The notes under the pieces: generated by a model | Told to the model about the DNA's origin: nothing | The model's input: the letters and a program-made list of their open reading frames with translations, nothing else | Database searches by the model: none | Translations under genes and position numbers: made by a program | Assembly (NCBI RefSeq): GCF_001194135.2 | Contig: NC_068987.1 | Location: 38,240,562-38,304,561, forward strand | Reading direction: 5' to 3' | Origin: Octopus bimaculoides | Lineage: Eukaryota | Length of the DNA: 64,000 nucleotides | Shown here: positions 1 through 13,536 of the stretch, one piece after another | How the letters are laid out: each line of letters begins with the position of its first letter | Position numbering within the stretch: position 1 is the stretch's first letter

Positions 1-215
1 CCGTGCTAAACCCGCCTTACCACTCCATCCGTAATGTCTTCCGGTCTGTCGCATCATCCGACTATAATTCTATTTCATTGTAAAATTTTTAAATGCATGT
101 TTTTGTTAATTCATCTGTTTTCATCTGACCCCAAATCAGGTTGTATCGTCCCCTCTATGTCGCCCCTTGTGGGTAATAAAAAATTTTGCCTTCGTTGATG
201 TTTGTGTGTGTTCTT

Positions 216-297
216 TACCTTGAAGAGGGGGTCATCACTAGTTTGTGCTCTATTGTGCTCTGAATACGGTGATGTACCCCCGAAATGGCCATAGGTG
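216..297 (+). ncRNA. Minimal type I hammerhead ribozyme (Penelope-type), C3->U core variant
   Basis: Stem I tacc(216-219)/ggtg(294-297); core TTGAAGA (220-226); stem II gggggtcatcact (227-239) pairs with ggtgatgtaccccc (268-281); GAAA (282-285); palindromic TGGCCA (286-291); TA (292-293), giving an AUA cleavage triplet. Confidence 0.7.
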
Positions 298-959
298 TTT
301 TGTTTGTATTCCGACTTATATTTGTAATCCTTTTGTAAGTGATGTTAAATTATGAATTGTTTTTACTGATGTCACCTGCTGGATGTTGGTTTAATGTATC
401 AACTTGTGTGCCTTGATATTCTTGGACTTAAATAACGTTGATGGTGAAATATGGATTTTACCTTGTTACACATTGGATTTTGTGTTATTAAGTCGTCCCG
501 TGTACTTCGGTATTCCTGTGTATGAATTACGAAACTGGATTTTACCTGCTAAATTTGCTGTTCTGAGGGAAGTAATGAACTTTCATACAATTTAAACTTA
601 AACTTCTTTTATTAGCCATTAATCTCAACGAATGAACTATTTTACTACGTTTCCCTATGTATTTATTTTATTTTATTGTTTTTTCTATATTATTTTTTCT
701 ATATATATATATTTTTTTATTCCACTATATCTGTACTATTCTATAATATTTGTAATCACCTTTTAATCGCAGTTTATTTATGTTATTCTATTATATTTTT
801 TAATCGATTTTATTCTTATGTATAAAATTTTTACTTCCCTTTGCTAATTTGGTTTTGTGGTTTATGCTGTACTTCTTATATGTGGTCATTGGTGGGTTGT
901 GGCTTTTTGAGTCGATGACCTAATAGTTTTATTCTGCAATTAATTTTATATATATATGC

Positions 960-1175
960 ATACATTTGTGTGTCTGTGCTTGTCCCCTCACCATCACTTG
1001 ACAACTGACGTTGGTGTGTTTACGTCCCTGTAACTTAGCAGTTCAGCCAAAGAGACCAATACAATAAGTACTAGGCTTATAAAGAATAAGTCCTGGGGTT
1101 GATTTATTCGAGTAAAGGTGGTGCTCCGGCATGGCTGCTGTCAAATGACTGAAACAAGTAAAGGAATAAATAAAA
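960..1175 (+). mobile_element. tRNA-derived SINE (family 1), 3' half
   Basis: Matches the body and tail of the full copy at 17061-17430 (ttgacaac..gttggtgtgtttacgtccc..aataagtcctgggg..atgactgaaacaagtaaa). Confidence 0.85.
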
Positions 1176-1882
1176 GAACACTTTTATCCCTATTATACAT
1201 TAAAATCATATTTATAATTATATGTTTTGTCCCTCCCATTCTATTGTATTTTCTCTTGCTTCTCATTGTTCGGTTCTTTTACACTTTCACTGTGGTTCCT
1301 GCCTTGTATTGTCTACATGCTTGGATGCTTATTCTATACTTAGGCCACCACTTAGAAGGAAATACCTAAATTGTCTCTTTCATTCTTTACTTTTAAAGAA
1401 CTCAGTATGATATTTCACCTATACTATGTCTTTATCAAATTCTGATTTATGATATTGCTTGACTAGTCCAGTTCTTTCTAACTGACTATAACCACTTTCA
1501 TCTTTCCTCTGCTGTTTTTTTTCTGCTTTTTTTCTTTTCCCTTATTTTTTTGTTTTTCCATAATTTTCTCTTTTCTACTCTCATTCTTTCACTTTTCTTA
1601 CATCTCTCTAGATTTCATAATCATTTTTACTATCACTATTTCTACCTCACAAACACTATCCCCTCATCCTCCAGTTTTTTACCAATGCTTCCATGCTCTT
1701 GAATATCAATCTGCTACTAGAGAAATCACATTTTTGCCACTTCTTCAGATGGAAAATTTTTGGCACTTCGAAGCCTCTGTCTTGGATATACTCACATTTC
1801 ATGTTTATGTGTTTATGTTTGGATGTATATTACTACATCAGTATGCACACCTGTTTGTGTTATACACATTATTGCATCAACC

Positions 1883-2155
1883 AGTCACTGAATTTTTGAA
1901 ACAACTGTAAAGGACTACTTCAGAGTAATTTTTTGCTTTGCTAGCTATAGTTATGATTATGCTTACATAACATCTTTTGTAAAGTTAAACTGTGAACTTT
2001 TATGCTTCTTTTTTCTTCTCTTTCTTCATCTCCTTATTCCTTTACTCCTGTCCTCTGTGTTGTTGTTTCATTAATCTATACCCTTCTCATTTTTCCTATT
2101 TGTCTCTGATGACAATATCCTATACTCTGGGATATCCCAGAAACAGCTGAAAAAC
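1883..2155 (+). ncRNA. Two degenerate hammerhead-like motifs in a probable Penelope pseudo-LTR
   Basis: CTGATGA (2106-2112), stem atatcc/ggatat, GAAA (2140-2143), palindrome CAGCTG; also ctga..GAAA CAACTG TA at 1888-1909. Confidence 0.45.
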
Positions 2156-2417
2156 TTTGAATTTTTTTCCACTAATAATAATGTATATGACTTAAGATGT
2201 TTGCCTTGCTTTAATGTTTGTTGTCCTCTTTAACTATATATNNNNNNNNNNNNNNNNNNNNNNNNNNNNNNNNNNNNNNNNNNNNNNNNNNNNNNNNNNN
2301 NNNNNNNNNNNNNNNNNNNNNNNNNNNNNNNNNNNNNNNNNNNNNNNNNNNNNNNNNNNNNNNNNNNNNNNNNNNNNNNNNNNNNNNNNNNNNNNNNNNN
2401 NNNNNNNNNNNNNNNNT

Positions 2418-2542
2418 ATTGTTTCATGCTGGTGAGATCAACAAAAAAGTACTCCACCTGGTGAGAAATGAATATTATTTAATAAACACACCAGCATTGG
2501 TGGTGAAGTGATGGTGGGGGGGGGGACAAACAGATACACACA

Positions 2543-2578
<36 letters not shown>

Positions 2579-2748
2579 CATACATACATACACGACAGGC
2601 TTCTTTCAGTTTCTGTCTACCAAATCCACTCACAAGACTTTGGTTGGCTCAAGGCTATTGTAGAAGACGCTTGCCCAAGGTGCCACACAGTGGGACTGAA
2701 CTTAGAGCCATGTGGTTGGGAAGCAAGCTTCTTACCACACAGCCACAC
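2418..2748 (-). mobile_element. tRNA-derived SINE (family 1)
   Basis: Reverse complement of ggctgtgtggtaagaagcttgcttcccaaccacatgg..gtcccactgtgtggcaccttgggcaag with internal (TA)n. Confidence 0.85.
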
Positions 2749-2819
2749 TTGTTTATTAAATAACATATATATATGTATAAATGTATGTAAATAGACAGAT
2801 AGACAGGTGTTTGCATCTA

Positions 2820-3400
2820 TGAGGTAAGCAATGTTTTGAGTGGTACAGGTGCTTCAAAAGCAAAAGAACATCTCTGGAAGACAATAAGTGATCTGAAAGA
2901 CCTACCACAAACATGACCCCCAAAACTGTGGAGAAAATTCATCAGCTTGTGCATGAGGATTGCAGGAGGACAATCAATGACATTGCTGATGTTGTTGGTC
3001 TGTCGTATGGGTCCATGCAGCCAATCCTAATGTCTGAATTGAACATGCAGCATGTCTCTGTCAAGTTTGTACCCCCACCTGCTGACCGCTGAGCAGAAAG
3101 AACACTGTATCGAAGTCTGTCAAGATCTCCGTCAGCATGCTGGTAATGACCCATCCTTCATGTTAAGGATTATCACCAGTGATGAGAGTTGGGTGTGCGG
3201 GTAAGACCCTGAGATGAGGCAGCAGTCATCACAATGGATGAGCCCTTCATCTCCATAACTAAAGAAGGCACAACAGAATCACAGCTCAATCAAGAATATG
3301 CTCATCAGTATTTTTTGAAATCCTTGGTATTGTGCATCAAGAATTCATTCCCCAGGGCCAGACTGTCAATTGAAAGTTCTACTGCAACATTTTGAAGCAT
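2820..3400 (+). mobile_element. Decayed mariner transposase fragment
   Basis: Conceptual translation IHQLVHEDCRRTINDIADVVGLSYGS..KFVP.LLTAEQK..IITSDESWV.G*DPEMRQQSSQW..GIVHQEFIPQGQTVN, with stops and frameshifts. Confidence 0.85.
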
Positions 3401-4676
3401 CAGGAACTTTTTGTTACCACTTTGTCTGTATACATATTCCGGTAGAGCCTATATGAATGTAAAACAGCTGTTTTTGACCATGTTACAAGGTTTATTTTTA
3501 AAAAGGACATAAACATAAGTGTTTACTTCATAACTTTCATGTGGTGTTTCAAATTATATTCAAACAACAGATATATCCAGGGGAAAGAGAGGCCCAAATT
3601 TAGCTATGAGTTTAGAGATTGCTTGTGTGTTATTCTGAAAATCATAAAGTTGCTCATGAAAATGATTACCTAATGGTCTTATCACCTATGTATAAAATAT
3701 TGTAAAATAATATATTGTAGGGCTGCCCAAATAATTCTTCCCTTCCCTTATAGAATCAGGCTGTTAAAACATTTATAGATATGTTATAATAGTTATGTCA
3801 ATATTACCCAAAATGTCAAGATCAATAATTAGTTCTTTTATTTTGTGTTTCATTGCTAATTTTAAGGAATTCTTGTATTTACTGATTGGTTTAATAACAT
3901 TTGAAAATTCTTTGGGAATTATCTGCCCTCTCCAAACTAAACTTTCTTTTTTATCATTGTTTATTATTACACAATCAAACAATGGTGACAACTCTTTATA
4001 CTCATTGAGTTTGCTACTAAACTTACTGTTTTACTTTGTTTTATCCTGTATAATATTTAATAGAAAATTATGACACCCTATCTCTAACTAATATTGTCAT
4101 GCATAGACAAAGCCCTAGTAACAGGAATATCATGAAGAAAAAGTGAATGAGCAACATCAAGAAAAGCACAAGAAGAAAGATGAGACTGACTGATAACAGG
4201 GAAGAGGAGAGGCAGTTGTATGTGCATCTCCTTGGAAAGATGGTGGTGGTGGTTGAAAGGCTGTATTTCTCATTGAGAATCTACAGCTTCTAGAGGGGAT
4301 TGTTACTTATAACCTAGTAACACATTAGCTGTGAAGCGGAGATTGAGCCTGTTTTTTGTTCATTCTGAGTTCCATGTGTTAACACTGCTAATATACAATT
4401 TTCAATTGCCACACTTAAAATGTAAAAATGTGTTTGTTTTTCATAAAATTGTCACAGGTCACTTATTAAAGTTGGCCAAGATTTTAACGTTTCTCTGTTC
4501 TTTGAACAGTTTGCAGTTTGTATTCTTTTACCAGTCATATCAGTATGTGTGTATGTAAAAGATGCTTAACAAGTAATTGCTCAGTCCACTGATGTGAGAA
4601 TGCTTTATAATTGATATTTAATTGGCTTGTAGTTTAGTGGATAAATACTCCAAAGGACTTCAAGGATCCCTTAGAG

Positions 4677-4919
4677 CAGTACTTATCAAACTATCTGATG
4701 AACCGGCAGTTTTTTTCCCAATGTGCCAGGGACCAGTAATATTTCTTAGTAATATTAATTTATACTGGAAACAATATATATTTATTTTGTAAACAAATAA
4801 TACAATATTACATAAGCATTTTATAATATTCCTTTCTTTTCTGGAAACTCTCCACATACTGGCAGCTGATGTCTTGTGGACTGGCACCGGTCCGTGGACC
4901 ACCACTTTGAGTAGCACTG
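4677..4919. mobile_element. hAT (Charlie-like) MITE
   Basis: TIRs cagtacttatcaaact / actttgagtagcactg; 8-bp TSD ccttagag (4669-4676) vs cctgagag (4920-4927), 7/8 match. Confidence 0.8.
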
Positions 4920-7900
4920 CCTGAGAGTATGATTTAATATAACCTTTTAATAAAGTCTTATAGAATTTTACTTGTTTTAAAATAACTCTAAATAACAAGG
5001 CCCTTTTTGTAACCAACCTATTAAAAGTATCCAAATGCTACTGGCTAATCTTTTCTATACTGTTTAGCTTCTTTTTGTTTTTGTTTTTTTTTTGTATGTC
5101 AGATAGCAAACAAACTAGGTAACAATAAAGAAACTAAATAATTTCTTTGTATCAGATTGTTTTAGAATTGAGTGAGCAACATTTCCGTTGTAAGCAAACT
5201 GAAAGCAGAGTCAATTAGATCATCTTACAGTATGATTAGATTAGTGTTTCAATGCACATACAAGATATTTTTAGTGATAGCTGTATGAAACTTGTGATAA
5301 ATAGTGGTGTAGAATGTTTGGCTTATAACGAAAACTAACTTAAAAAAGACAGAGACTCATTTTTAAAATATCAGAAAACTGAAAGACTGACCTAAATAAG
5401 AGAGATGTACTGTTTAAGATTCATCTAGATACAGACACATGATGTGAATAACTGTTCACTTAAGAAACAGCATGAAACTAGTGATAAAGAGGAAGAGTTA
5501 GGGGAGGTGTATTGGCAGAAGATGAAATTCAAAAACACAGGATAAGCTGACTTGGATTGAAAGGGAAGAAATGAGTGTGTTTGTATTATAAATGAAAATT
5601 ACTTTTTGTTCATGCTATCAATGTATCAAATAGAGTTTTGGTTGATATGCATGCATTGTCTGAATTTTCTATCAAGAAGATAATTAACTCTTCAAATATA
5701 TTATTATCATTATTATTATTATTATTATTATTATGGTGATGGCACTTTGTTGCTAAGAAATGCTTGTGAATAGCCAATATCCTATTTTAAACTTTCACCA
5801 TAAGTTTATAACAAATTTACTTTACAAGAAATATGAGTGGACTATTGTTAATGTTGTTGTTCTAATTATCATGGCAGTTACTTGGAGAGGGGGAATGATA
5901 GAACATCTATTACTAAATCTATGTTCAAATATTACTGGCTTAACTTTGTCTTTCATCTTTTCAAAGTCAATAAAATACGTACAAATCATGGTTAGGGTCA
6001 ATTCAGTCGATTATATTTCTTCTACAAATGTGTAGCCTTTGCTCTTGTGGGAAAAGTTATTATTTTTATTATTACTCAGCAGAGAAAGTTAATGTAAAAT
6101 TATTATTCATTATTATTAGTGGTGGTGGTAGTGGTAGTGTTAGTAGTAGTAGTAGTGTGTTAAAGTGTAAAGATGCTTTCATGTCAGATTTTACTATGTT
6201 GTACTTGAAAAATTGTTTTTGCTATTTATTTTTCTTTTTCTGCTGTGACAGTAAGTGTTGCAAGTCACAAACATAGACATCCCCAAGGAAACAAATCTTG
6301 AAAACAATGATGAGTAGATGAAGCAAATATTTTCAATTTAACAAATAAAAAATATTTTATATAGTAGCAGCAGTATTATTGGCAGTGTTCAAAATAAGTT
6401 GGCTGCAAGAAAAGAACATAGGATAGAATCTCCTTGCTCATAAAATACATTGTGGAACAAGAGAGTGGGTGAGTAATATAACTCTGTTTTTCCTGAAGTA
6501 AGAAAGATGCCTCCACATATTTCCAAATAAACAGTCAGAAGTAACACTATGCAGCAAGATATGTGTTCCCTTGTCTGGGGTGCGCATATAGAAGTGTGTG
6601 CCTCATCTTTAATGTCAAGGATGATGTGGGATGACTGGCAGATAGGTGCAGCACATTCCTGCTTATAGCCTGGGGCTGCAATATATAAGGAGACAAAATA
6701 CAAAGGATATATCTGTGACATTGACAGACAGGGTTATGCCTAGGATACCTTTGCATCAGTATGAACAGGTTGTGAGTTTGGATGTGACACAAAATAATAA
6801 TTAAGTGGGTTCTGTATGGAAGACCATGAATTTATTTTTGAGTTGTATCCTATCATAGGCACATAAAGGAGTCCAATAGTATTTGACAGAAAACCCAGCT
6901 ATATATGTGGAAGGAAGGGACACTTTCTGCTAAAGAAGCTGGATATGAAAAGAAGGAAAGAAAGCAACAATGACAGCAAGTATGAACAACTGCTACTACT
7001 TGTTACAACTGTGAGTATAATGAGAAAAATTGACTCAACATTAGGGCCAGGAACTGAAGGATTCCTTCTCAGTAGTGTCATCTTATTGTCAAGTGATAAT
7101 GGATAGTGGTATGTTGTAGGGGACAGCAAAAACATAGAGGAAGAAAAGCAAGCATAAATCAAAGACAAAGAAGGTCGAAGAAGTGAAGCCTAGCTTTTCT
7201 TAAGTAATCATAAGATTTACAGTTCTTTGCCAGTGCTACTAATTATTAAGGATATATAATAAGTAATTTCATTTATAAGTATATAATTAAATTACATTTC
7301 AGATTTGTAATTATTGATAATATGTTTAATTTACCTTGATAAACTTAACCAAGACCATTCAGACATCTATTATTTGCCATATTTGTGCATGTATTAGATG
7401 TGTCACCTTTAATTAATTTTGTATGAGTGTTGGCACAGCTAGAGCTGAAGGTGGAACAACTGATAAATTTTTTTCTAATGAATGAAAAGTATAATGTAAA
7501 CTAATTTTTTTGCCCAAAGAATTGGCTTCCTATTTTGTACAAGTAATGATGTAGAGAGCAATTATGTTTACAATATAGAAATTGGAAATGAACAAAACAT
7601 ATTTGGAGAGGAATTAGTTGAGTGTTATGTGAACTTTAAAGATAGACTGGGTAGATTCAAAACGCTGAGATATTAATGAGTGCCTTGGTTTGTAACAGTG
7701 ACGGAACAAGTATAAAACATGATTAATTAATCAATTTGATGGAGAGATAGGGGAACTAAGATTTGAGACAAGCTCTTTTTTACATAAGTGGAAAGATAAG
7801 ATAAAAAAAGTTGATATATTTTTAATCTAACTAATTTGTGCCAGATTGAAAAACTGTTTATTAATGTAGTGTAGTTAATGATTTCTTAAATTTGTGGAAG

Positions 7901-8820
7901 GTTACATGTTTGTTGGCAATGACTAAACGGACCTCAAACTTACTGGTACTTGTAATATTGAAAATCACAGTTGTCACTGGTTAGATCTGATCTCTGAATG
8001 TTAAGGAACGTAACTAAATACTTTGAGGTATTTTATCCAAAATTTTACTGCTTCCTTCACGTCTTTGTCCTAGAATTTTTCCGTTGTGCCACTTACTTTT
8101 TTGTAGTCAGCCTGAGTTCTATTTAATAGTAAATGATGGCAATTTTTCCAAACATATAAAATATTTTAAGATTAATTCTTGCAATGTATACCATGCAATG
8201 AATAATAGTTGTCTTGGTAGCAGTGAAAAGTATTAAGAGAAGCAGTACAACAACAAACACATATTAGAAATAACAAATGCAAGCCAGTGGTCTTGTGAAG
8301 ATTATTGAAAGAGAAAGCAGACCACATGGTTGAAAAGAGTGTGTAGAGGAGTTCTAGGCTCCTAGAGTAAATAAAGAATATGATAATAGCCTTAAGTTAC
8401 ATCACTGATTCTGCTGTAATTTATTATAAAGTTCTAGATGTCTTCATGTTTATTTTATTCTAAAGCTTTGTAAGCTTTAACTTAGAAATATCTGGGAAAT
8501 GGGTACTGCTTTAATAATTAGGTATATTTTTTAAATAATTATTAATTTAGTTCTAATTCCTCTTAATTATTTAAATTTTCTTTTAGATATACATGTTTTT
8601 AATTTTTACTGTCACTGAATCTTGGTCAAGACACTTGTTTTTCTAATGATTCCTTAAAATTTATGATTAACCACTATAATAGAAAATATCAGTGCTAATA
8701 ATATTTGATTAATAGAGTTCTCATTGATTTCATCAATGTGGAAGAAACAAAAAAGAAAGTTGATCCCAATGTCATTTCAACTGATAGTTTAAAAGATTAG
8801 TACTTTCTCTTGACAGCACT

Positions 8821-8872
<52 letters not shown>

Positions 8873-8890
8873 TTAATGAGAGACACTGTA

Positions 8891-9620
8891 GATGGGAGAT
8901 ACAAGAATATTTATTGATCACTACAATTGTTTCAACCCATCTAGCATCGATTCCTCAAGGTTGGGATACTGAACATTTGGTTAAGGTGTATCCATCAATG
9001 TAGATATGTCTCCTCAGGTGATTACAAGATGTACCTCATTAGATAACATCTGTTCTGCAAGATTTATTTTTGGTATACAAAAGCAGCAAATTAAGGTATA
9101 CAGCTTTATTATTATAGAAGATCAATAACAAATAACTGTGTCATGTCACTAGCCATTCTTAGGCACTGAATTTATCAATATCTATTTAATTCACTATGTG
9201 AGTGTATGTGCCGAAACCACACATATGCATATGCTTATATTTCCATGTTAGTTTGTACAAATAAGTGTATGTGCACTAAACAACGTAAGCAAAGGTGTTT
9301 GTACATCCATATCTACAAATGATTATATCTAATACTTTTTTCACTGCATTGTGTATTTATTTCTTTTTGCTTCTGATATTTGTTATTGATCTTCTATAAT
9401 AATGAGTCTGTATCCCTTAATTCACTGCTTTTGAATGCACGTATGAAGAATTTTGTGGAACTGATATTTTAATGAGATACATCTTGTAGTTACCTGAGGA
9501 GAGGCATTTACACTAACAGATATGCTTAAACCAGATGTTCAGTATCCCACCCGTGAATAATCGATGTTAGATGGGTTGAAACAATCGTCGTTATCAATGA
9601 ACATTCTCGTATCTTCCATC
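8891..9620. repeat. Long inverted repeat (arms 8891-9134 and 9377-9620), probable inverted Penelope pseudo-LTRs carrying hammerhead motifs
   Basis: Arms align by eye at roughly 80% identity; each has a degenerate core followed by GAAA-CAATTG/CAATCG-TA/TC near its outer end. Confidence 0.8.
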
Positions 9621-10250
9621 TTCCATCTCGTTAATCAAAGACCCAGCTGAGAAAGTGAACATGCTTTACCATTAAACTACCAGGTCTATACCATGTAATT
9701 TATTAAATAATATATTTATAGATAGATAGATCTGTTAAAATATCATAGAAATGTTCTATAATAAATATCATCATCATCATCATAATCATCATCACTGCAA
9801 CCATCATCATGAGAGATGAGGATGAATATGAGGTTTTCAAATCAAATTCTCATGACATTCTATGTACAACTGAACTAACAATTGTTGGTCCATCATTTTT
9901 GTTACAAAGGACAATATATTAATTTAAATCTAGCTTGTAGGATCATCTCTATTACACTAGCAAATATGGCTAAGGAATATCAAAAAATTGAGTTAGGGTG
10001 GATTTGCAAATTACTTCAATTGCCAAATGAATTTAACATTTATGCACAACTTACTCAAATTATATTCTTTTTTCCACATTATATAAATTGTGCATAGCAA
10101 CAAAACTGTACTGATATCTGCTTTTTTCTTTTCCTTTCTTTATCTCCTCACTTCTAAACTGTAAGTGGGGAGAAATATATATATATATATATAATAATAC
10201 AAAGAATATATATGCATGTATACGCACATATATGTACATACATCTACATG

Positions 10251-10286
<36 letters not shown>

Positions 10287-10604
10287 GTATTGATTTATTT
10301 TCATGGAAGAGAGCATGAATATTTGAAAACTTATGAGAAGGAATAAAACTGATGGAACACTGTGGTTTTATACTTTGGGAATATATCCAAATTGATAACT
10401 TAATTACCTTTCCAAATATTTTCTTTATTTTGAAGCTTTGTAACTTACCATAGTTATTCCAGCTTGGGAGTTCATTATTCAAGATGTCACAATTCATTAT
10501 TGTATTTACTGCAATGATACTGAATAACCACAATCAATTGGATGTAATTGAGACATTGCTCCAGCTGTTATTTTCCTGGTTCAATATGGTTTCAGGTTTG
10601 ACTG

Positions 10605-11760
10605 TACAAGGGGATGCTGAAAAGTTCCTGGCTTTGGTAAAAGAAAATACAAGAGGGTCAGTTAATTATGATTTTATTCAACATATTCCCCTCTCAGATT
10701 CACACACTTATTGCAGCAGTCCTTCAGTTTTTCTAAGCCTTGTAAAAAGATCTCAGAAGGTTAGGCTTCCAACCAGGTCTCTATAGCAGCAATCACTTCT
10801 GAATTGAAGTGAAATTTCATTTCCTTGGGATGTTTCTTTAGTTTTAGAAAGAGGTGATAGTCAGAGAGGGCCAAGTGGGTGGTCTACAAATTTGGAGACA
10901 AAGTCGTGTATTTTTTTTTTTTTTGTAGAGTTTCATATGCTGTGTGTGCTGGTGCATTGTCCTGCAGAAGCAGGACACCATGGCTCAGCTATTCACAGCA
11001 TTTCTGCTTCAAAACTTCATGCAGTTCATCTAATAGACCTGTACTATTCTAAATTGGTGGTGCAACACTTTGGCAGGTATTTTATAGGGAGTACTCAGTC
11101 TTTGTCCCAGAATACTGAAGCCAGAATCTTTCCAGCTGACTTCTAGGCCCAAAACGTCTTGGGATGTAGTGAACCACTGTGGCACCACTCCTTTGATTGT
11201 TGCTTGGTCTGGGGATCATAATGATGAAGCCAAGTTTCATCCATTGTGACTAAACGAGCCATAAAATCAGACTCTGCCGCTGCAAACCAGTCACAAATCA
11301 TCATTAATGTTGTCACTTTGATGTGCTTCTGATTTGTATTCAGGTATTTTGGCACCCATTTTGCTGAAAACTTTCTTGTGTCCAGAATGTTGTGAATGAT
11401 ATGGTCAATTCTTTTATGGAAAATCCCCAGAATCTCAGCTATGAGTTTATCTGAAATCCAGTAGTCCTCAAGAATCATGACATGCACAGCATCAGCTTTG
11501 TCCTCTGTGGTTGCAGAAGTTGGCCGTCCTGACTGGGGTTCATCTTTGACCTTGAAATGACCAGTCTGAAACCTTGACACCCAGATTTTCACTATAGAGT
11601 AAGATAGGCAGCCATCCTTCAAGACTTTCTTCATCTCACCATGGATTTCTGCTGTTCCATTGCCTTGCAAAAGGAGAAACTTCATCTGCCTGTGCTTCAA
11701 TTCTACCAAAATCCACTGTAGGAGCTGTCATCATGCATTAAATCTGTCATAAGGTGAAAG
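10605..11760 (-). mobile_element. Mariner element, pseudogenised transposase
   Basis: ORF 11143-11709 contains HTH, KWVP and MDETWLHHYDPQTKQQSKEW motifs; C-terminus CNKCVNLRGEYVE* near 10680-10720; TIR-like caaggggatgctgaaaagttcctggct after TA at 10605; right TIR not clearly seen. Confidence 0.9.
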
Positions 11761-13453
11761 ACATATACCATCATGATTTTTTTACTCATCTTCTCCTAAA
11801 TAGTTGTCCTAACACCCCTGTAAAGGTAACAGCTCTACCCTTTCATGATAACCTTGAAGCCAGTAACTCGTATGGTGGTTAATAGAGTCTCTTTAGAATC
11901 ACTTGATCCAGGGTTCAATCCCACTAACCTTGAGTTCACCAACGACAAATGAGTGGAACTAGGTTCATGGAAACTGAGCAGAAGTACATACATACATGCA
12001 TGCATGCATGTAGTTGTGAATAGCTAGATGGGTGGATGGTTATATAGGCAAGTTAAATAAATACATCTTCATAGCTAGACAATAAAAGTCTTAGAGTGGG
12101 TAACACACGGATATGTAGATGTCAGAACATGTGTTGAGTGACATGATCTATCTGTCTGTCTATCTATCTGCCTGTTTATCAATCTAACTATCTAAACGTC
12201 TGTCTACCGTCTGTTTATCTATTTCATCTGTTTACATATCTATCTTTCTGTCTGTCTCTTTTTTAGCTACTTGACTCTCTCCCTCTATCTCTTCATATAG
12301 ATAGATAAATGGATGGATAAACGTATAGATATGTGATTGTGTATATATTGTTTGTGATATATGTTGGATTAAACACACACGTTGATCAAAGCTATGTATG
12401 TTTTTATAGACAAACAGACAGACAGATAGATAGCCAATATAAACCTGCAAGGAAACTAAAAATTGAGGTTTCTTTTGTAGCAAAGTCTTTTGTGTCATTT
12501 GTTCTGCAGTAATTTACAAACACTTCCTTGCCACTCTTGCTGTCAAAATGCAGTGAGCCACTGATTGACTTATTAGAAACTGTCACAATGATATTATTGT
12601 TCACAAATTGTGATATATATATAATACATAGATATATATGTGTACCTACAAAATAGCCAAGTAGATTAGCTATTGACTCATAGTTCATGAGTTCAAATCT
12701 GGTGCAAGTATTCTGCTGTTTTTTTATGACTTTTCTTTTTTATATTTCTTCAATTCACTTAGGTGTTTAAGAATAAGTTGTACATTTTGTGTGAAAAGGT
12801 CAATAACACTGAACTATACAGTTGTTCATGAAAGGTCACAGCATTGATTATATATCACACCACCACATGCAATAAATAAATAAATAAATAAATAAATAAA
12901 AGAAATCTACATGCTCATTTTTTTTTTCAGTCCATTGTTGCATGTATATGCAATGTGTTTCTTTGGAACTTTAAATCAAAATTAATAAATATGAACTTTA
13001 AAAGATTCTCTGATTGTTAGAAAACAAATGCACAAAATTCAATGTGAATAATATAAACACCCTGGAGATGATGAAACACAGTACAAAGTACTAGAATTAT
13101 AGTTCTTATTGTTGATAAAATACCAAATGTTCAGATTGCTTCCATACTTAGCTTTACAGTCATACACTAGAACCTTTCCCTGGATACTTTCATGTAGAAC
13201 CATCCATATGAACTTACTTGTGCTTGATTGAAATGTTATTTCCTCATTCTTACAGTATTCTAGTTAATGATTACTATAACTGTCTATGGAGCAGGAACTT
13301 CTATGGATCTAGTGTAGACAATTGTTGTAGTTTTATCTATGTCAGGTAGCTTTCTTGAAAACACTGAAGATTGAATTCAATAAGTCTTTTATGATGCTGC
13401 CACTGTGTTATAGATGAAGTTTTACTACCCTGTTGTACTGAGGTTAAACTGGG

Positions 13454-13493
13454 ACACACACACACACACACACACACACATGCACACACACAT

Positions 13494-13532
<39 letters not shown>
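13454..13532. repeat. (CA)n microsatellite
   Basis: Directly visible. Many similar (TA)n, (TG)n, (GA)n and (ATT)n runs occur in the window, e.g. 8826-8870, 27135-27180, 33846-33918. Confidence 0.95.
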
Positions 13533-13536
<4 letters not shown>

